This document shows, one piece after another, positions 39,601 through 54,619 of a DNA stretch of 64,000 bases (position 1 is its first letter; the number at the start of each line of letters is the position of its first letter). The stretch lies in assembly GCA_028023455.1 (NCBI GenBank), contig JAQFVV010000003.1, positions 7,130,001 through 7,194,000 on the forward strand. The letters are read 5' to 3'. Both the position numbers and the translations under genes were made by a program. Source of the stretch: Epiperipatus broadwayi (Eukaryota; Animalia; Onychophora). Below the pieces are notes generated by a model. It was given only the letters and a program-made list of their open reading frames with translations. It was not told where the DNA came from and made no database searches.

Positions 39601-41699
39601 TTTTATAATATATATTCGCCTAAATGAATTATGGTTATTAAATATGTAACACTGAGAATATAAACTTATTTACTGAGTATCTACATTTCATATACATTAC
39701 TATAATAATTCACAAATGAGATATCCAAAAAAAATTAATTTTTAACAATCTGGTATACACAGCCCAGCTTTTGTTTGAACAATAGATTGGCGTTAATACA
39801 GCAAGTGGACTTTATGAGCAAGATTGTTAAAAAAATGATTTTTTTGGAAATTTGACTTATGAATTATGTAATAATGTGTTCAGAGACTTAGTTGTTCCTT
39901 AAAAGTTTATATATAAAAATCTTGTGATGTAATGTGTAAAGCTTGGAAACTTTTTAAGAGTGAATATTTTCAAACAAATATGGAATTCACAATGTACAAC
40001 AGCTGCCTATTTAGCTATTTTTAATTTAAGAATGAAGAGGGAAGAATTGTATAGACTCACATTAACTAACTAAACATGATGAGTAAATTTCCTTTGAAAT
40101 TCTGGAAAACTATTTAAACCTATAGTAGTCTAATTGTGGCTGTTTATATATATATATAATCATTAATAAATAAATAACATCAATAAAAATGAATTTTTTG
40201 TGTGATTTAGTACTATGGTAGAATGGCTGACGTAAAACTAAAAATTAAACCTATTCCTTCTAATGCTCTTACAATCTCCCAAACAACACCATTTAATTAT
40301 GTAGTAAGCAAAAATTAATTATGTAATCTCTATTAGTTTTGAAATCATATTTATTTCAATCTCTTAAAACCAACTAAGCCATTCGTATATATATATATAG
40401 ATGAGTTAAGGACTTGAAAACAATTAGAACTTGAAATTACTTTATTAATAAAAACTAGGTCTCAAAATTTCTTCTACACATGTGAAAATTTTATAAAAAA
40501 TAAATAATCGACGTATGTTAAAATAAAAAGAGTAAATATCTTCATATCGAAATAATCTAATATTTTTTAATTTTCTATAAAACTCTTCATTTAATAAAGT
40601 CAACATTAATATTATCAGTTTATTAAATCTCCCTATCAGTATCTGCTATTACAAGCTCTATCTTAAGTGGGCAGATAAATTTCGCAGTTTATCAAATACT
40701 GATACTTTGTATAAAACTTGAAATAGTGAAATACGGTAGTAGATTCTGGTCAAAAACGCTCATTAAATTTATTGTCCCAATCAAAAAATTAAATGTAAGC
40801 AATAACTAAAGCAATATGATCAGATTATACCATTTAATTTACATCAGTGGAAGTTTGCTGTGATTTGTCCGTCTTAAAATGACGTTGCATTATTAAATGA
40901 ATAAAATAATCCTATAGTCAGATATTAAAACAATCAAGCTTCAGACATTCGAAAACCCAACCGATAGTTGTTTAACAAAAAAAAACTGCATTTTTTTTTT
41001 TTTACTCGGGTTATATTCCCCCCCCCCCCCGTCATGAAATATTTATTCATAAAAAAAAAAAACACTTGTCCAGAATAATACTATCTTTTATTTATTTATA
41101 ATCATGTAATTCGCTTTTATGTTTGTAATTCTAGCTTTCCTTTTAATTTACCATGTAGACATAATTGTCACTGTAAACATTGTACTTGTTTAATAAATAT
41201 TTTGAAAAAAAAAAAATCTATAATATTTGAGTACATCCTTTTATCTTTGCAATAATCACACCATAGTAAAAAAATGAAACAAATTTTATCATTAAGCATT
41301 AAATATTTCCATACATCAATATTAATATTGAATAGACAAGGAAAAATCTTTAAATAGCTTCTCTAACAGTTCCTCAATAAATAAATAAAAAACGGCAGAG
41401 AAGGCAGAATATGTCACGTTTCCAACTATCAGATGATGCGCATTAAAGCAATTTCACTTACTTGTTTTACTCTCTCATTAAGAATGTTAATTACTTATTT
41501 ACTAACCAATATTAAATAATTAGCTGAATTATATATAGAATCTGAAAAAAATGTTCAAGTTTATCTGGCTCAGATGGTAAGAAGATATACTACTACTGCA
41601 TCATAACACCTTCAATATTAAATAAATATAAATTCATTGTCAGACAAACCCCAGACATCTCATTCAATCAATAGAAATCAGAAAAACTTTCAAAAATCA

Positions 41700-43300
41700 T
41701 CAATAGTTTAATTATTTCATTCTCAGATGACTGTAGTAGATGCTTATTAAGACCAATGAGATGCAGTTAGGACCTAGTTCCATGATTGTGAGTTTCAGTA
41801 TTCTTAAAGGAATGTGTTTGAAAGCAAATAATCATTAGTCAGATTCTTTTGGCTACTTGTAAATAGTAATAAGTAAGTAATCATTAAGTTGAACTATTAT
41901 TTTTAGTTATAAATGTAGAATTTTTTGAGAGCATTCCAAAAACAAAAGTAATTGGTAGTAAACCAGAAAGTTTGTATACAAATGAAAAACAATTATGATT
42001 CTGAAAAAATAAATAGTTTTCAACTTTATAGAGAATAGCAATAAGAAGTTTAAGAGAGAATGAGAATAACAAATAATGAAGATAGTATATAAATATTCCA
42101 AGAGTATATTTACATTATGGAATATTGGGTGAGTAGGTCAATCATATTGTCAGGAGAATCAATGTTGTCACAATATTGTCTAGGTATCACTAATTTTTAT
42201 CTCTGATTTGCATTGTCAAGCATATCTAATGCATATTACTCTGATAGCATTATGGAAATAATGAATTTCATTTCCTATGCCATCTCAATTACTGGGTAGT
42301 AATAACGGTCTATTTTCAAGTAGGATCATGCACGTATTTTTTATATATTCTAATTCATAAGAAAGGTGGATTTTTTTAGTGATATCAATCTTTAAATTTT
42401 GCTACAGAGTCTGTGGGGATTAAAAATAAAGTCCATAAATATTTATTTGAATGAACCACAGTATCATGACACATCAAACCTGATTGTATTGTATTCATAC
42501 TCATTACACAAGTTACTGACAAATATAGCACTTATCTGTCCAAAAATGTTAGTTACATGTTTCTTATTTACATCTTTTCTTCTGAATAAAATAAATTGTG
42601 TTCAAAGCAATATACAGTTTGAATATTATGTATTATTTATATATTCCATGTCCACAAAGAGTCAAAACATTTTTGATTCTGTTAAACTGAATCTCATTCA
42701 TGAAATTTGTGCGGAATAAGAAATTAAGTCTACACATGTTTTTTTTAATACTCAACAGTGCCAAAATATAGAGGATTTCATGTCTCATCATGTTTAATTA
42801 TTAGTTTACTGAAGTTCATCACAGATGTTATGGTCAAAGGTAGCATTTGTTTGTATAAAAATTCTTGTATATGAATATTCAAGATAATAATAACAGCATA
42901 TTTTATCATTATAAAGAGTTGACAGTGATGTTTATCAAATGTTATATGAGTGGAGCAAACATATTAGATGGCTCAAGTACTCCAATTATTACATCAAGTT
43001 CAATGTGGTCAAAGTCTTATCTACATACCACTAATTAATGTATCTGGATTGGCAATGATAATGCTATCAAACTGATGGGTTATCTGTGAACAGTTAACCT
43101 TATTTGCCATGTTTTTTCTGAGTGAAACGAATGCTGTGTTGACAAGTAATATACAGTTTTATGCTGTTTGGTTTACTCTCCCATTTAAATATATATATTA
43201 TGTATAATGAGCTTGTAAATGGCTCTTAACAAGCTTTTCAGAATATCCCCAACCTCAGACCATAGCTTGTTAAATTAGGTCATCTGATATATGACTTGAT
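41700..43300 (-). pseudogene. Highly decayed LINE RT relic (CR1/L2/Jockey-like)
   Basis: Minus-strand conceptual translation gives PISLIALS (about 43070) and NATFDHNI (about 42840) in the order of RT motifs YRPISL and KAFDxVxH. Confidence 0.45.
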
Positions 43301-43776
43301 TTCTTTGTGTGTGTGTGTATATATATATAATTAAATTTAATAATTTTATCATTTAATATAGATGAAAATTAATTAGTAAATGAATCGTCATTTTATATAT
43401 AAAATTAAATCTGCAATTAAAGTATATGGATAGTATAGCAACCAATCAGATGAGTTCTGAAAGTTGAATGAAAATAATAGCAAACCTATCTAAGGTAATA
43501 CTAATTAAAAGAAGGCCTCTTTCGATCAGTCACTCACATTATTATGCATGAGTTAGTAGCTGGACATTATAGTTATAAAAGCTGAAATTAAGATTCTGCC
43601 ATAAGCAAAAAATAAGACTGGATCTTACATTAATTTTGCTCCAAAAGACATCTTATCACTTAATTTCAGGGGATATCTTATTTTTTCATGTACAAAAATT
43701 TGTATTTATTCAAGTACAAAAATATACATCTATTCAACAACAAAAATTTATATTTATTTATACATTCATAACTTTA

Positions 43777-44684
43777 TAAGAGAGTACCCAAAAATAATCA
43801 GAATCATTCTCTGATAGCTATGTTTGTTGTAATACAAACTTCTGCTTCTAAATATCTCTTGTGGTGACCTTTTTGATCAATCTGACAAATGAAGTCATTA
43901 TGTGAAATCTTGGTCACATGTAGCCCTTTTTTATTGCAAAGTGTGTTTTGAGTATTTGTCGATTTTTGTAATGGCTAAAAAATTGGAACAATGCGAACTT
44001 CTGTTGTTGTTTTTTTTAGCAAAACCAACAGGAAAACCCCCTGGACTGCTTGAAACAGCTTACAAACAAATTGCTCTGAAAAAACACAAGTTTATGAATG
44101 ATTTAATGAAAGTGTTAAATTCAGTGAATCCCAAAAAAGTATGTTGAGTGAAGACAGATGTCAAGATGATACCAATTTTCTTTTTTTGGGGGGAGAGGGG
44201 AGTGTAAACAACATTGTTTACTCAGAATTTGCTCACAACAATCATGCATTTAAAATCCAACAGTTCTGAAGCTTTTGTGTGATGTAGTAAAATGTAAATG
44301 TCCCATTTTGTGGCAAAGTGACGAGTGCACATTTCATCACAACAAAATGCTAGCCATAAAGCTTGAGTGTGGAACAATTTTTAATTAAATTCAGCATGAC
44401 TCAGCTTATCCATTCACCACATTCGCTCAATATTACTCCATGTGATTTTTTTTCATCTCTCAATGAAAAAATATTTTCTTTTTTTTTGCAAACTTAAAAG
44501 TGGTGAACAAAGAAACAACAGAGTTGTTAAAAGGCATTACTTTCTGACTGTTTTCAGACTCATGTTTATATTTGTGCACTGCATTAAACAGGCTATACTT
44601 TGAAAAGAGATTCAATTTGCAACACCAAATAATAAGTATACACTTTTTTATTCAAAATTCCCATTATTTTTGGCTATGCCCTTG
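43777..44684 (+). mobile_element. Internally deleted mariner transposon relic
   Basis: Degenerate TIRs (..CCAAAAATAAT(C/G)(A/G)GAAT); LEQC..AKPTGK...LLETAY at the N-terminus; HFHHNK...HSPHSLNITPCDFF resembles HHDNA...HPPYSPDLAPCDF. Confidence 0.7.
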
Positions 44685-44754
44685 TGTTATTCAATATGAA
44701 CATGTGTTTCAATTGATGAGTAAAATCCATTTGTTGGCTGACAATTTCAAATAG

Positions 44755-44851
44755 AGCTTATATTTTGAGTAGGACTTATATTATGAGCATTCCAAAAAAT
44801 CATGCAAGGGCTTATTTTCAAATTAGGTCTTATTTTTGGGTAAACATGGTA
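44755..44851. mobile_element. Right end of a pogo/Tigger-like non-autonomous element
   Basis: Repeated (G/C)TTATTTT units ending TAGGTCTTATTTTTGGGTAAACATGG-TA; left end not found. Confidence 0.45.
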
Positions 44852-45464
44852 TTTAAATTTTAGCAGTTAATATATATATATATATTAACAAAAGAGTCAA
44901 ATCACCCTCCCTTCGGCTAGGAATTAAAAATACTCTAATTTTTGAACAAAGGATCAAAAATAGAATTTTTTGTTTAACATTTAGAGTGCTTTTAATTTAT
45001 AACTTGGAAAAGAATGATTTATTCCTTATGTTTATATATATACACTGAGCTATGTTTAATTTAATGTTTGTATATATATATATATATATTATAATAGATA
45101 TAGTAAAAAAAAAACTGTATAATGAATCTAAATGCGAAATAAAATTACAAATTACATTTCCCAGATTTCTAAGATTGTTTGATTAATAGAGGGTCAAAAA
45201 CGAGATGCATATACATACTCAAAATATGGTTTCAAATACCATCATTACTTTATAATATGTTTTTATGAGTAAAAAAATACATTAAACATTAATGAATAAT
45301 AGTAGAATGTTAATGGAAAATAGAAATGAGGGCTGCTAAAAGGAAAATAGATGGAAAGAATAAAAAAGGCTATGACCTCAAAAAACATGTCAAGTGGATA
45401 GTGAAATGTCAAAGAATGACAGAGTTAAGTCATTAAATAATATCAAAAAAAAATTTAGACAGCC

Positions 45465-46780
45465 ATAATGTTTCAACGTATATCATCATTATCTGGTGTA
45501 GCAAATGTACTTTCAAAAATTTTGTTGAACAAATTGCTTCTAGTTATAGATTAATAGTTACCAGACACTCAATGTGGTTTCAGAAAATCAAAAAACATTA
45601 CAGACATGGTTTTTGTTATCAGAAAAATGCAAGAAAAGTGCCATAAATAAGTGAGCAATTTATATATTACTTGTATTGATTTAGTTAAAGCATTTGGTAT
45701 GTTTATGCAACAGATCAATGACATTGTTTAAAAGTAATTCTTTGACCAACAAAATTTATTCATATTATACAGCTTCTATATGTTGGTATGAAAGGATTAT
45801 TACAGTTGAAAAATCTGAGAGATTTGAAATGAAAATTAGTGTTAAACAAGGATGTATAGATGCTCCAAGATTTGTTCAATTTTTATGACAGTGATTTTTG
45901 GAATTGTTTATAAATTGTTTAATCAAACAGGTATGAAGATATAATATAGGTTTAATGTTGGAATTTTTAGTTTGAATAAATTAAAAACTAAAACAAGAAC
46001 TGTCTCACTTTGAATTTTGGATTTAATTGTTCCAGTTCAAAAAATAATTTGCAGAATGTTCTTGACATTTTGAATGCATCAAGTAAAAACTTTGATTTAT
46101 TAATTAATGTTCAAAAAACACCAAATTCTTTATCAGCCAGTGGCAGAAGATAAATACTCAAGAACTTTTAGCTTGAATGGTTATCAATTTGAGAATGTAA
46201 ATCAGTTTAAATATCTTGGTAGTTTTATAAGTAGAAAAGTAGACTTAGATGTTGAAGTACAACATAAACTCCATTATGCTGCTGCTGTTCTTAACAAGTT
46301 GAAAAATAGAATACTTTATCAGAGGAAAATACCTACTGCAACTAAGTTAAATGTATATAAAGTGTTATTTTACCTAAGTTATTGTATGGGAATGAAACTT
46401 CAACACCCTATTAGCACAATATAAAGACATTAAAAAGTTTTATTTAATAACACTTTGTAAAATTTTAAAAATACGATAGCAAGATAATAAAACCAATGAA
46501 TATGTTTTTCAATTTGCTGGATGTGACACTATAGAGTCCAACATTGTAAAAATCTCATCTTTGTTGGATATGACACATAGAACAATTGATACTAGATTTC
46601 CTAAAACGATGTTTTATGGTAAATGAGCATAGATTTTATAGAAAAGGTAGATCATATTTATATTAAAAGGATTATCTCAAATAATTCTAAAAAAACTGCA
46701 ATGTATTGTGTTTTCCTTGGGAATATATAGCATAAAATAGAATACATTGGAGAGCTACAATTAACTATGACATTGAAGTA
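45465..46780 (+). pseudogene. RTE-clade LINE relic
   Basis: LPDTQCGFRKSKNITDMVFVIRKMQEKC, CIDLVKAF, ISVKQGCI, FENVNQFKYLGS (ORF 46107..46424), RFPKTMFYG; many stops. Confidence 0.85.
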
Positions 46781-47206
46781 TTCCCGAAAGAAAACCTTTC
46801 TGCTGAAGAGATTAAAACACAATACTGTAAGATATCAAGTAAAAATAAAATTGGATTGGAATGTTTTATATATGAATGTATTTGTAATTCACAGATTGGT
46901 TTATGCAGTCATCAAACTTACTTCTAGAATAGTATTTTTTCCCTTCTACCTCTCTCATTTGTGTGTGTGTGTGTGTTAGAATGGCCATATTCATTTACAA
47001 GAGATTGTTTATTATTCTATAAATTATATTTTAAAAATATAATCACAAAATTATTATAATTAACCATTATCAACTCTGCTGCAAGATTTAGTTCATCTAA
47101 TTTTTCTGATCTAACTTCTCACATCTCTCCAGAAAATTTCATTTTCTCATAATTTTATATCGCACATGATCTTTTTCTAAATTTATTGCTTTTTTTTTTT
47201 AAATGG

Positions 47207-47634
47207 AGACAAAACTTTCCATACAGTAGTGCCACTCAGTGCAAGCCAGAGTAATCAATGAATTCAAGAAGGTTTGTGCATAAAATTCCTATCTAGTGCT
47301 TGCTCATCCAATATCCCCAAGACTAGTTTCTAGCTTGTGGATTTCATCAATGATGAGTCTTGGATCTGAGAGCATTGCACAAAGATCTTATGATCTAATG
47401 CAACCCTCCAGCAGCCATCTTTTACATCTTTAGTTAATTACAAAACTTTAGTCTAAAATTGAAAACACAATAATATTTTCAAATGAAGCTCATTAGCTTA
47501 TATAGTCATATAGGTCCGAATTCAGTTTAGTATCCATAAATGTTGGTGTCGTTGGTTTTTTAATAACCATAGCCACCACTGTCCTCTTAGGCAGGCTTGG
47601 TATTAGCAAGCATAAGAAATAGTGATCATGTGAT
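47207..47634. mobile_element. Repeat family A copy 4: minus-sense monomer plus short inverted arm
   Basis: HHR at 47314-47356(-) with C3 to U; right arm ends GTGATCATGTGAT. Confidence 0.85.
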
Positions 47635-50600
47635 ATCTTTTTTTTTTTTGCCAACATAATCAGTTTGGCTTCATTTCAGCCTCTTAATTCTTTCAGAAGC
47701 ATCACTAATATCTGTTATCCTCTTTCATTCATATATTGTATTTCATTATAACTCTCTTCTTGTTAATCACAAGATACATCTCTCTATACTTTATGTGGTT
47801 TGCAATCTCTCTATATTAAGTATTTAAATGTCACATTAGCAAGCAAACTGCATTAAACACATATTTATTTAAATCTTATTTTTTTAAGCGCATAACCATA
47901 TTTCCTTTTAAGTTATTTCTATGGAACTACTCTATCCGAGTTTTTATTATTAATTTTATGATTTCATCTGTATTAAAAAGATGATCAGGGGTTTGTGTTT
48001 ATATGTTGGATTATTTCACTCATCTAACTGAATTATTAAAATGTTTTTAGAAAAATTTAAACTTCATTTATACTTTTTGAAATACATACAACAATTACAA
48101 ATACTACACAAGTTAGTAAGAAATATAACGTTTCAAATTATATTATTCTCTTCAGCAATTACTGCTGGCTGTACATTAACAGTTAGCTTGAAACTGAACC
48201 AGTGATCTATGCTGTTTCTTGGCCGGAACGAAATGTAAAGAATATTGTGTTCTATAATAACCCGTGTATTATTATAAATCATTAAATATATTTAGAAAAA
48301 TATAAATAAAGTTTGATTTTATTTAAAAAAACAAAAAAACATTACCAATTCAACTAAATAAAGAAAACTGTCCAACATATACTACAAATGTCATCATCGC
48401 AATTCTTCAGAGATTGAGCCACAGGTTTAGTTATTATTACTCCAGAAAAGATTAATTTAAAATTATTTTTACCTATTATGCTTTCATGTATAACCAAAAC
48501 ATTAAAATTATATAGGGCTAAGAAAGATCATTAGTGAGCAAAGCATATGATCAGCTCTGACGTAGATTATCTTTATCAACACAAGAATAAATTTTCAAAC
48601 TGAGATTGTAGATTATTCAGATGAAATACTATTTACACAACAGACCAGAGTTCGGGGTCGACTTGATGGAATATTATTATTATATACCTATCTATCTATG
48701 AAATTGAGTTTTATATTGAACGGTTTTTTAAAGACTTTAATGATTAAACTTGATATCCATATCTGTATCAAAACTAGTAGCAGAATTATACCTTGAAACC
48801 TAATTATTACAATCCTTGAAATTAATCCATATAAAAACCTGTACAACATGATTGCATCTATAACCTTACAATCAATGTTATGTAATGCTATGTAACTTAA
48901 AAGATTAATAAAGATTATTCTTGAAACATCATCATCATAATAATAATTAATTATAATAATGTTCTGTATGGTTCAATGCAGAGGTAGGAAACCGATTTTA
49001 TAAAATAAATCTACGGAACGCAGCGCAATCTGCTCTTCTGATGACCGAATGTCATATGATTTAGTAGCAGAAAAATTCACTAGATTATTTTATTTCTTAT
49101 TATAATAAAAATAAAATTATTCAGCTATAATACTTTTTTAAGTATAATTCATGCTACAAATTTAACTTTTAAAATGTAAGTTCTCGGTCCCGAAACATAT
49201 AAACTAATGCAGCAGTAGATTAATTCGATTATTGCTAACTTTTTTCAAAAAATTCAAGGAAATAACGTATCTTAACTTCACATTCCACATTTATATTTTT
49301 AAAAAAAAGCTTTAGAAAATTAACCCCTATGGAATTATATCGTTTATCACGACCATCTACTTACAAGTTCCAGTAGAGTTCTATTTTCAAATTTAATAAA
49401 TTCTTTGATTAAAATAATAACAGATTGCTGAACGATTTTTTTAAAAAAGACTGCCGACGAGCCAGGCCATAGAAACTTTGACCACAGACAGAATTCGTGG
49501 GGAAAAAAATTCTATCAGATTTTTATAGAGCGATTACAAAAGTAACTATTTAGAAAGAGCGATGTTAAAAAATAGAGAGGAAAAAGAATTGTATATTATA
49601 TTGTTTCTAACGTCGAACAGTGATAATTTTTCAACACTCGGCAAAAAAAAAAAGATAAATGTGAGATAAAGATTGTAATAAACAAAAAGACGTCTGAATT
49701 TTTTTTTAATTGTTTTTTTTTTATGTTTAAAACAAAACTTTTTAATAAATAAATATTGAATATTTTATTTGTATATGGTTTTATTTATATATAATGTTAG
49801 AACAAAATGTATATTGCTGTAATAATATTACAGCTTAGGACCAGATCACGATCGAACTCGTGGATCGGATTATCGAGGAAAAAAAGAGCAGTTTGGCCAA
49901 TTAATAATGGAACTGCTGTGCTCACCCAGTCATTCTGATGTTAAAACATCTTCAGCCTTCCTGGATGGTTGTCCATAAAATAAAAAAAGGGTGTATGGTG
50001 TACCATAGCAAGCTAGTGAAGTGGGTTCAAAACCAATAGAAGTTGTAGATGTTTTTAATTAGTGATAAATTTTCAAGCTAATTCAGGATTTTTTGTTAGG
50101 AATAGTCATCTCGTTACTGATCAGTAAATGGATATCTAGAATTTTAGGTGGGTGATAAATATAACTTTCAATCCTCATACTGTTGTATTACATATCTATA
50201 AGAACTGAGCAGATACTTTATTTGTACATATCAAAATATGTAATGAATTTGGCTTTTAAATCCAGAATAGGAGCAAGAAATTCCTATGTAGCCTGAATTT
50301 GCATACAAATTAAGCAATAAACTATATAATATCTGTCATAAATTAATATTTAACTATTCAGAGCAGAATATTATGCAATACTGCCTGATTCTAAATCAAA
50401 AGATGTTTATCCCTTAAAATATTAGGATTGAGAGGAGTCATGATCACAAAAGACTAGAGACTTTTCATATTCATGAAATAGTTACAGCAGAAGTCTTGAT
50501 AAATTTATTTACCATCTCTTATATCAGGATTAAAAATATTAACTATATATGTGGGCATTAAAGTGTAAGAAATTATGACATTGATAAAACAATGTACCGA

Positions 50601-52251
50601 GTAAAGGTTAGCAAAAATCTTTAATTTCTGATAGAGGAAAATGAATTTTTTAAAAAAATCCATATTGCTAATTTATAAAAATAATATGTTATAATTATAA
50701 TATATTGTCAGTAGCAGCATAGATATTCAGATCTCTATATTCGCATGTCTAAAAACCATAATTAGCTAACCAAGAAAAGAAATATTGCTAATTATTAACA
50801 TAGCATTGATAGACTCAGCTATTGATAAATGACATTGAAAAGATTTATTATAATAAAAAATGAACATATGTTTTATTTAATGTATTAACCTGCCTTGTTC
50901 ATAATCTGGAGTTCAACTCAAGGTAAGAACATGGGCATTTTTAGAGAACTAAGAAAGTTTATGCAAGCTTTTTTTTAAGTAATTGGTTCACAACCATCAG
51001 CCGACTAATGGTCAGTAAGTGGATATCTTAGATGGAAAAGTAAAATCTCAGATTAATCTGTATTAGCCATAAAAGTCATTGTACTAACTATAAATCATAA
51101 TATGATACAATCATTATCATTTATGGTGGTGGGGTGGAGTATCACTCATAAATTAATGATTATTATAAAGTTTATGCAAAGCTTTTGTTAAGAATTAATT
51201 TCCAAGAAATCCCATAGAAGATCTATTGATTGATATTTTTGCAATATCTTTGTTCAAAGTTCAAATATATACACATCTATTGCAGACACAACAAACATGG
51301 ATGTGCTTAAACTTTGGACAAGGACAGTTGTAAAAAAATACTGATCATAAAATCTTCTGTAGTATTTTTCAGAAGTTGTTTGTCAGTAAAAGCTTGCATT
51401 AAAGGTTTTAATAATCTTAAATTTAAAAATATCATTCCTCCTCCATCAATGATAAAAACTTCATCATATTACAATTTTTTTTTTTTTTTTACAATTAACT
51501 CAATGATACTTATATATGAAGAATAAATTTTGAAGAGCTTTTGGTGCAGGTAAAAACCCACATATTGACTTGATAAAGAAGATCTTTTACTGTTTGAAAT
51601 CACAAACAGAAGTCATTTGATGAAGAAATATCTTGCAGATGAGAATATTTCAAAACATTGCTTATTTTAACCATTTAGTAATATTATTGCAGCTAGGTAT
51701 TTTGAAATTAAGATTGTAAATAATTATTAATATATGCCAATCATTGGAAATTTCATAGTTTTACTTTATTGTTTTAACACTTAAAAATTCTAAGATATTC
51801 ATTTATCAATCAATAAATAAATAGCTAATGGACTGGCTACTTAAAAAAAATTCTAAGCCTATTTAGAAAATTCTTAGTAGCACTGAAAAACAAAATTCAA
51901 ACTCCAAACAGATTTTAATCTTATACCATCAGTCTTTTATTATTTATAGAAACAACACAAAATACTAACTGAAAAAGTTTATTTAAAAATTTAGTGATCA
52001 AAGTTTGTTTTTCCTTTTTATTTTTTTGTCTAAATTCAACTGACAGCCTTTTTTTTTTTATTTCTCAGTTGTGATTTTGTAGGGGGAAAAATAAATCATT
52101 AAAATATCAGAATTATTTACTCTTATAGCTAAAAAAAAAGATAATAAACTGAAAAAGACAAAAGAGAAACATACATCTTTATCAGTAAGGTCTATAATTA
52201 TTTAATTTTGTTTTGATATTGTGAATGAGAGCATTTAAGTGCCCTCTATTA

Positions 52252-54619
52252 CAGCAGTAACCAACCTTTTGGACTCACAGATTCACAATTTTAAATCCCA
52301 TAAATGATTAATATGAATTTTTTAAAAAAGATAAATACATTTGTAAAATAATAATCAGATAACTTCAATTTTATTAATATGAAATTCACCTATTTAATAT
52401 AACAAAATCTCTAAAGATTGTTTAACTGTAACAAAATTATTAAAGTTAATTTAGTTATTACAATATAATTGAAGCTTATTTAATTATTATACATTTTTAG
52501 TATGATATTTGTTCCTGCTTATTTGAAATAAGTTTATAGATTTTTGGCTCCAATGACATTACTGCAAGACAGAGAGCCATATTTATTTCAAGCTGAGACA
52601 GTAAAGTTTTAATTGCTGAGATAAAAAAATCTGTTTTCACACAATTATGTTATTGAAAATTGAATTAAAATTTTCATTGCTTTTTCACTCAACAATTGGT
52701 ATTTATTGTTTATGAAGAACCAAAAATAAGATTTTGATAAGGATGACTGGAATTTAGCTTTACAACTATAGTCAGATGATAGATCAATGAGGCTTTCTTT
52801 TTCATTCATATTTAAATTGCTATCTTGATGTTTACTGCAAATGAATCTATTATCCACATAGTGCCATGTCTGGGATCTTTTTTCTTTGAGTAATATTGAC
52901 CAAAAAAGATTCTGTTAGTGATTTAAGTGCTGATGAACAATGGTTGCCACTTGTCAGTTGGCATCCTTTTCTCTCATATATTCATCAAAATTTGAAAACA
53001 TTTGCAGATCATCTTCAGCCAATCGCATTTCCCATGGTAATAGTTTATTTTGAAAAGCATTCATTTTACCTCAAAGTATGAACATATCCTTAAGTTGTCC
53101 TTACAAGGATATATTTAGTTCATTTGACAGTAAAAAAAATATCTGCCAGGTATGCAAGCTTCGCTACCCACTCACTGATGACAAGAGTTCTTGAAATTTC
53201 AGATTATTTTGCTGCTGGAAAAATAATTTGACTTCTTCACAAAGCATGAACAGTCAGATTAATATTTTGCCCTTTGACAGCTATCTCACTGCAGCATAAA
53301 GAAAAATGGCAGTATTCTGGGAATACATTTCTTCATAAAGTGCCTCAAATATTTGAGAATTGAGTGCTTTGTATCAAATTCCATTTATAATTTTAATAAC
53401 ATCTGATAATACTTTGTGTAGTTCTGAGGACATTTTTTTCATAGCAACTTGCTTACAATGTATGATGCAGTATGTAGACAAAAATGTCTGGGTGGTCAAC
53501 ATTTTTTACCTTTGCAACAATTCCTGAAAGATGTCCAATTATGTTAGTAGCATTGTCTGTACATATCCCAATACATTTTTTCCATTCAATTCCATGTTCC
53601 AGGAAATAAAGTATTAAATGCTTCAAAAATTTCAGAGCTAGTTGTTCTACCTGGCAAGTTAAGTGAACAAAATAGTTCTTCTTGTAACTCTCCTTTACAC
53701 TCAACCCTCATAAAACAAAGTGAGAAGTGCCTTGTTATTTACTTCTATTGATTTGTCAAGTTGAATTGAATAAAATGGTAAATTTTTCACTATTTTTATA
53801 ACTTGATTTTCAATATCTTCAGCCATGTCTTCAATTCTGCACTTGACAGTGTTAGAAGATATAGAATTTACTTTCAGTTTCTGGACAGCCTACTTTCCCA
53901 AAACCTCTTCACGGGCTTGTAACATGCAAGGCTTAATTAATTCTTTCCCAATTTTATACAGCTTTTTATTTTTCATAATCTGAATTGCTATTAGATAAGA
54001 AACCTTTAATAAGAACTTATCTTCAACAATCATTTTGCATTCTTTGAAAATATTCAAATGGTTTCTTAGCCAAGTCCAGGTATTTTAATTGCAAATGTCT
54101 TCTAAATTTTGAAGGTTTCATGGAGTATTAGATGAACTCTCAGAACACACAACACAAAGTGGTTGTCTATCTGACTCACTACCAGTTCTTGAATAAATTC
54201 AAATTTCAAGTAGTTCAAGTCATATTTTATTGATACTTTAAGTTTTTCCTTCTCTCTGATCTCCAGTTCAAATTTTCTTCCTAATGGTGCCTGATGAGGA
54301 CTGTGGGTGTTCTGATTCATTGATCATCTCATGGTTAAGTGAGTTACACATATTACTATTGTTACTATTATCATTAGTCACATTATCTCTTGTATTACTA
54401 AAGAAATGCAAAATATTCTTTTGCTTTTTTTTTCACACATTATGGGTTTATCAAAACCAAACAAGAAATGATAATTATCAAAGTCAAACTATTTGATGCC
54501 ATTAAATATAACAGTTAAATAAATACACAGTTAAGGTCATACTTACTCAAAAGGAGCATCTGAGAAATAAATAATACAATCAGATGAGAATCAGTATTCA
54601 TGGAGTAGGGTGACTGTTG
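52252..54619 (-). mobile_element. Decayed Buster/Charlie-type hAT transposon (ZBED5/SCAND3-like transposase relic)
   Basis: KYDLNYLKF (54102..54320), GIEWKKCIGICTDNA (53453..53704), SYFWFFINNKYQLLSEKAMKILIQFS (52645..52857); TIRs CAGCAGTAACCAACC / CAACAGTCACCCTAC(rc). Confidence 0.88.

Noticed and set aside
49929-49960. Minus-strand CTGAAGA-TGTT TT AACA-TC-AGAAT hammerhead-like motif
   Set aside because: GAAA is absent and the flanks cannot form stem I.
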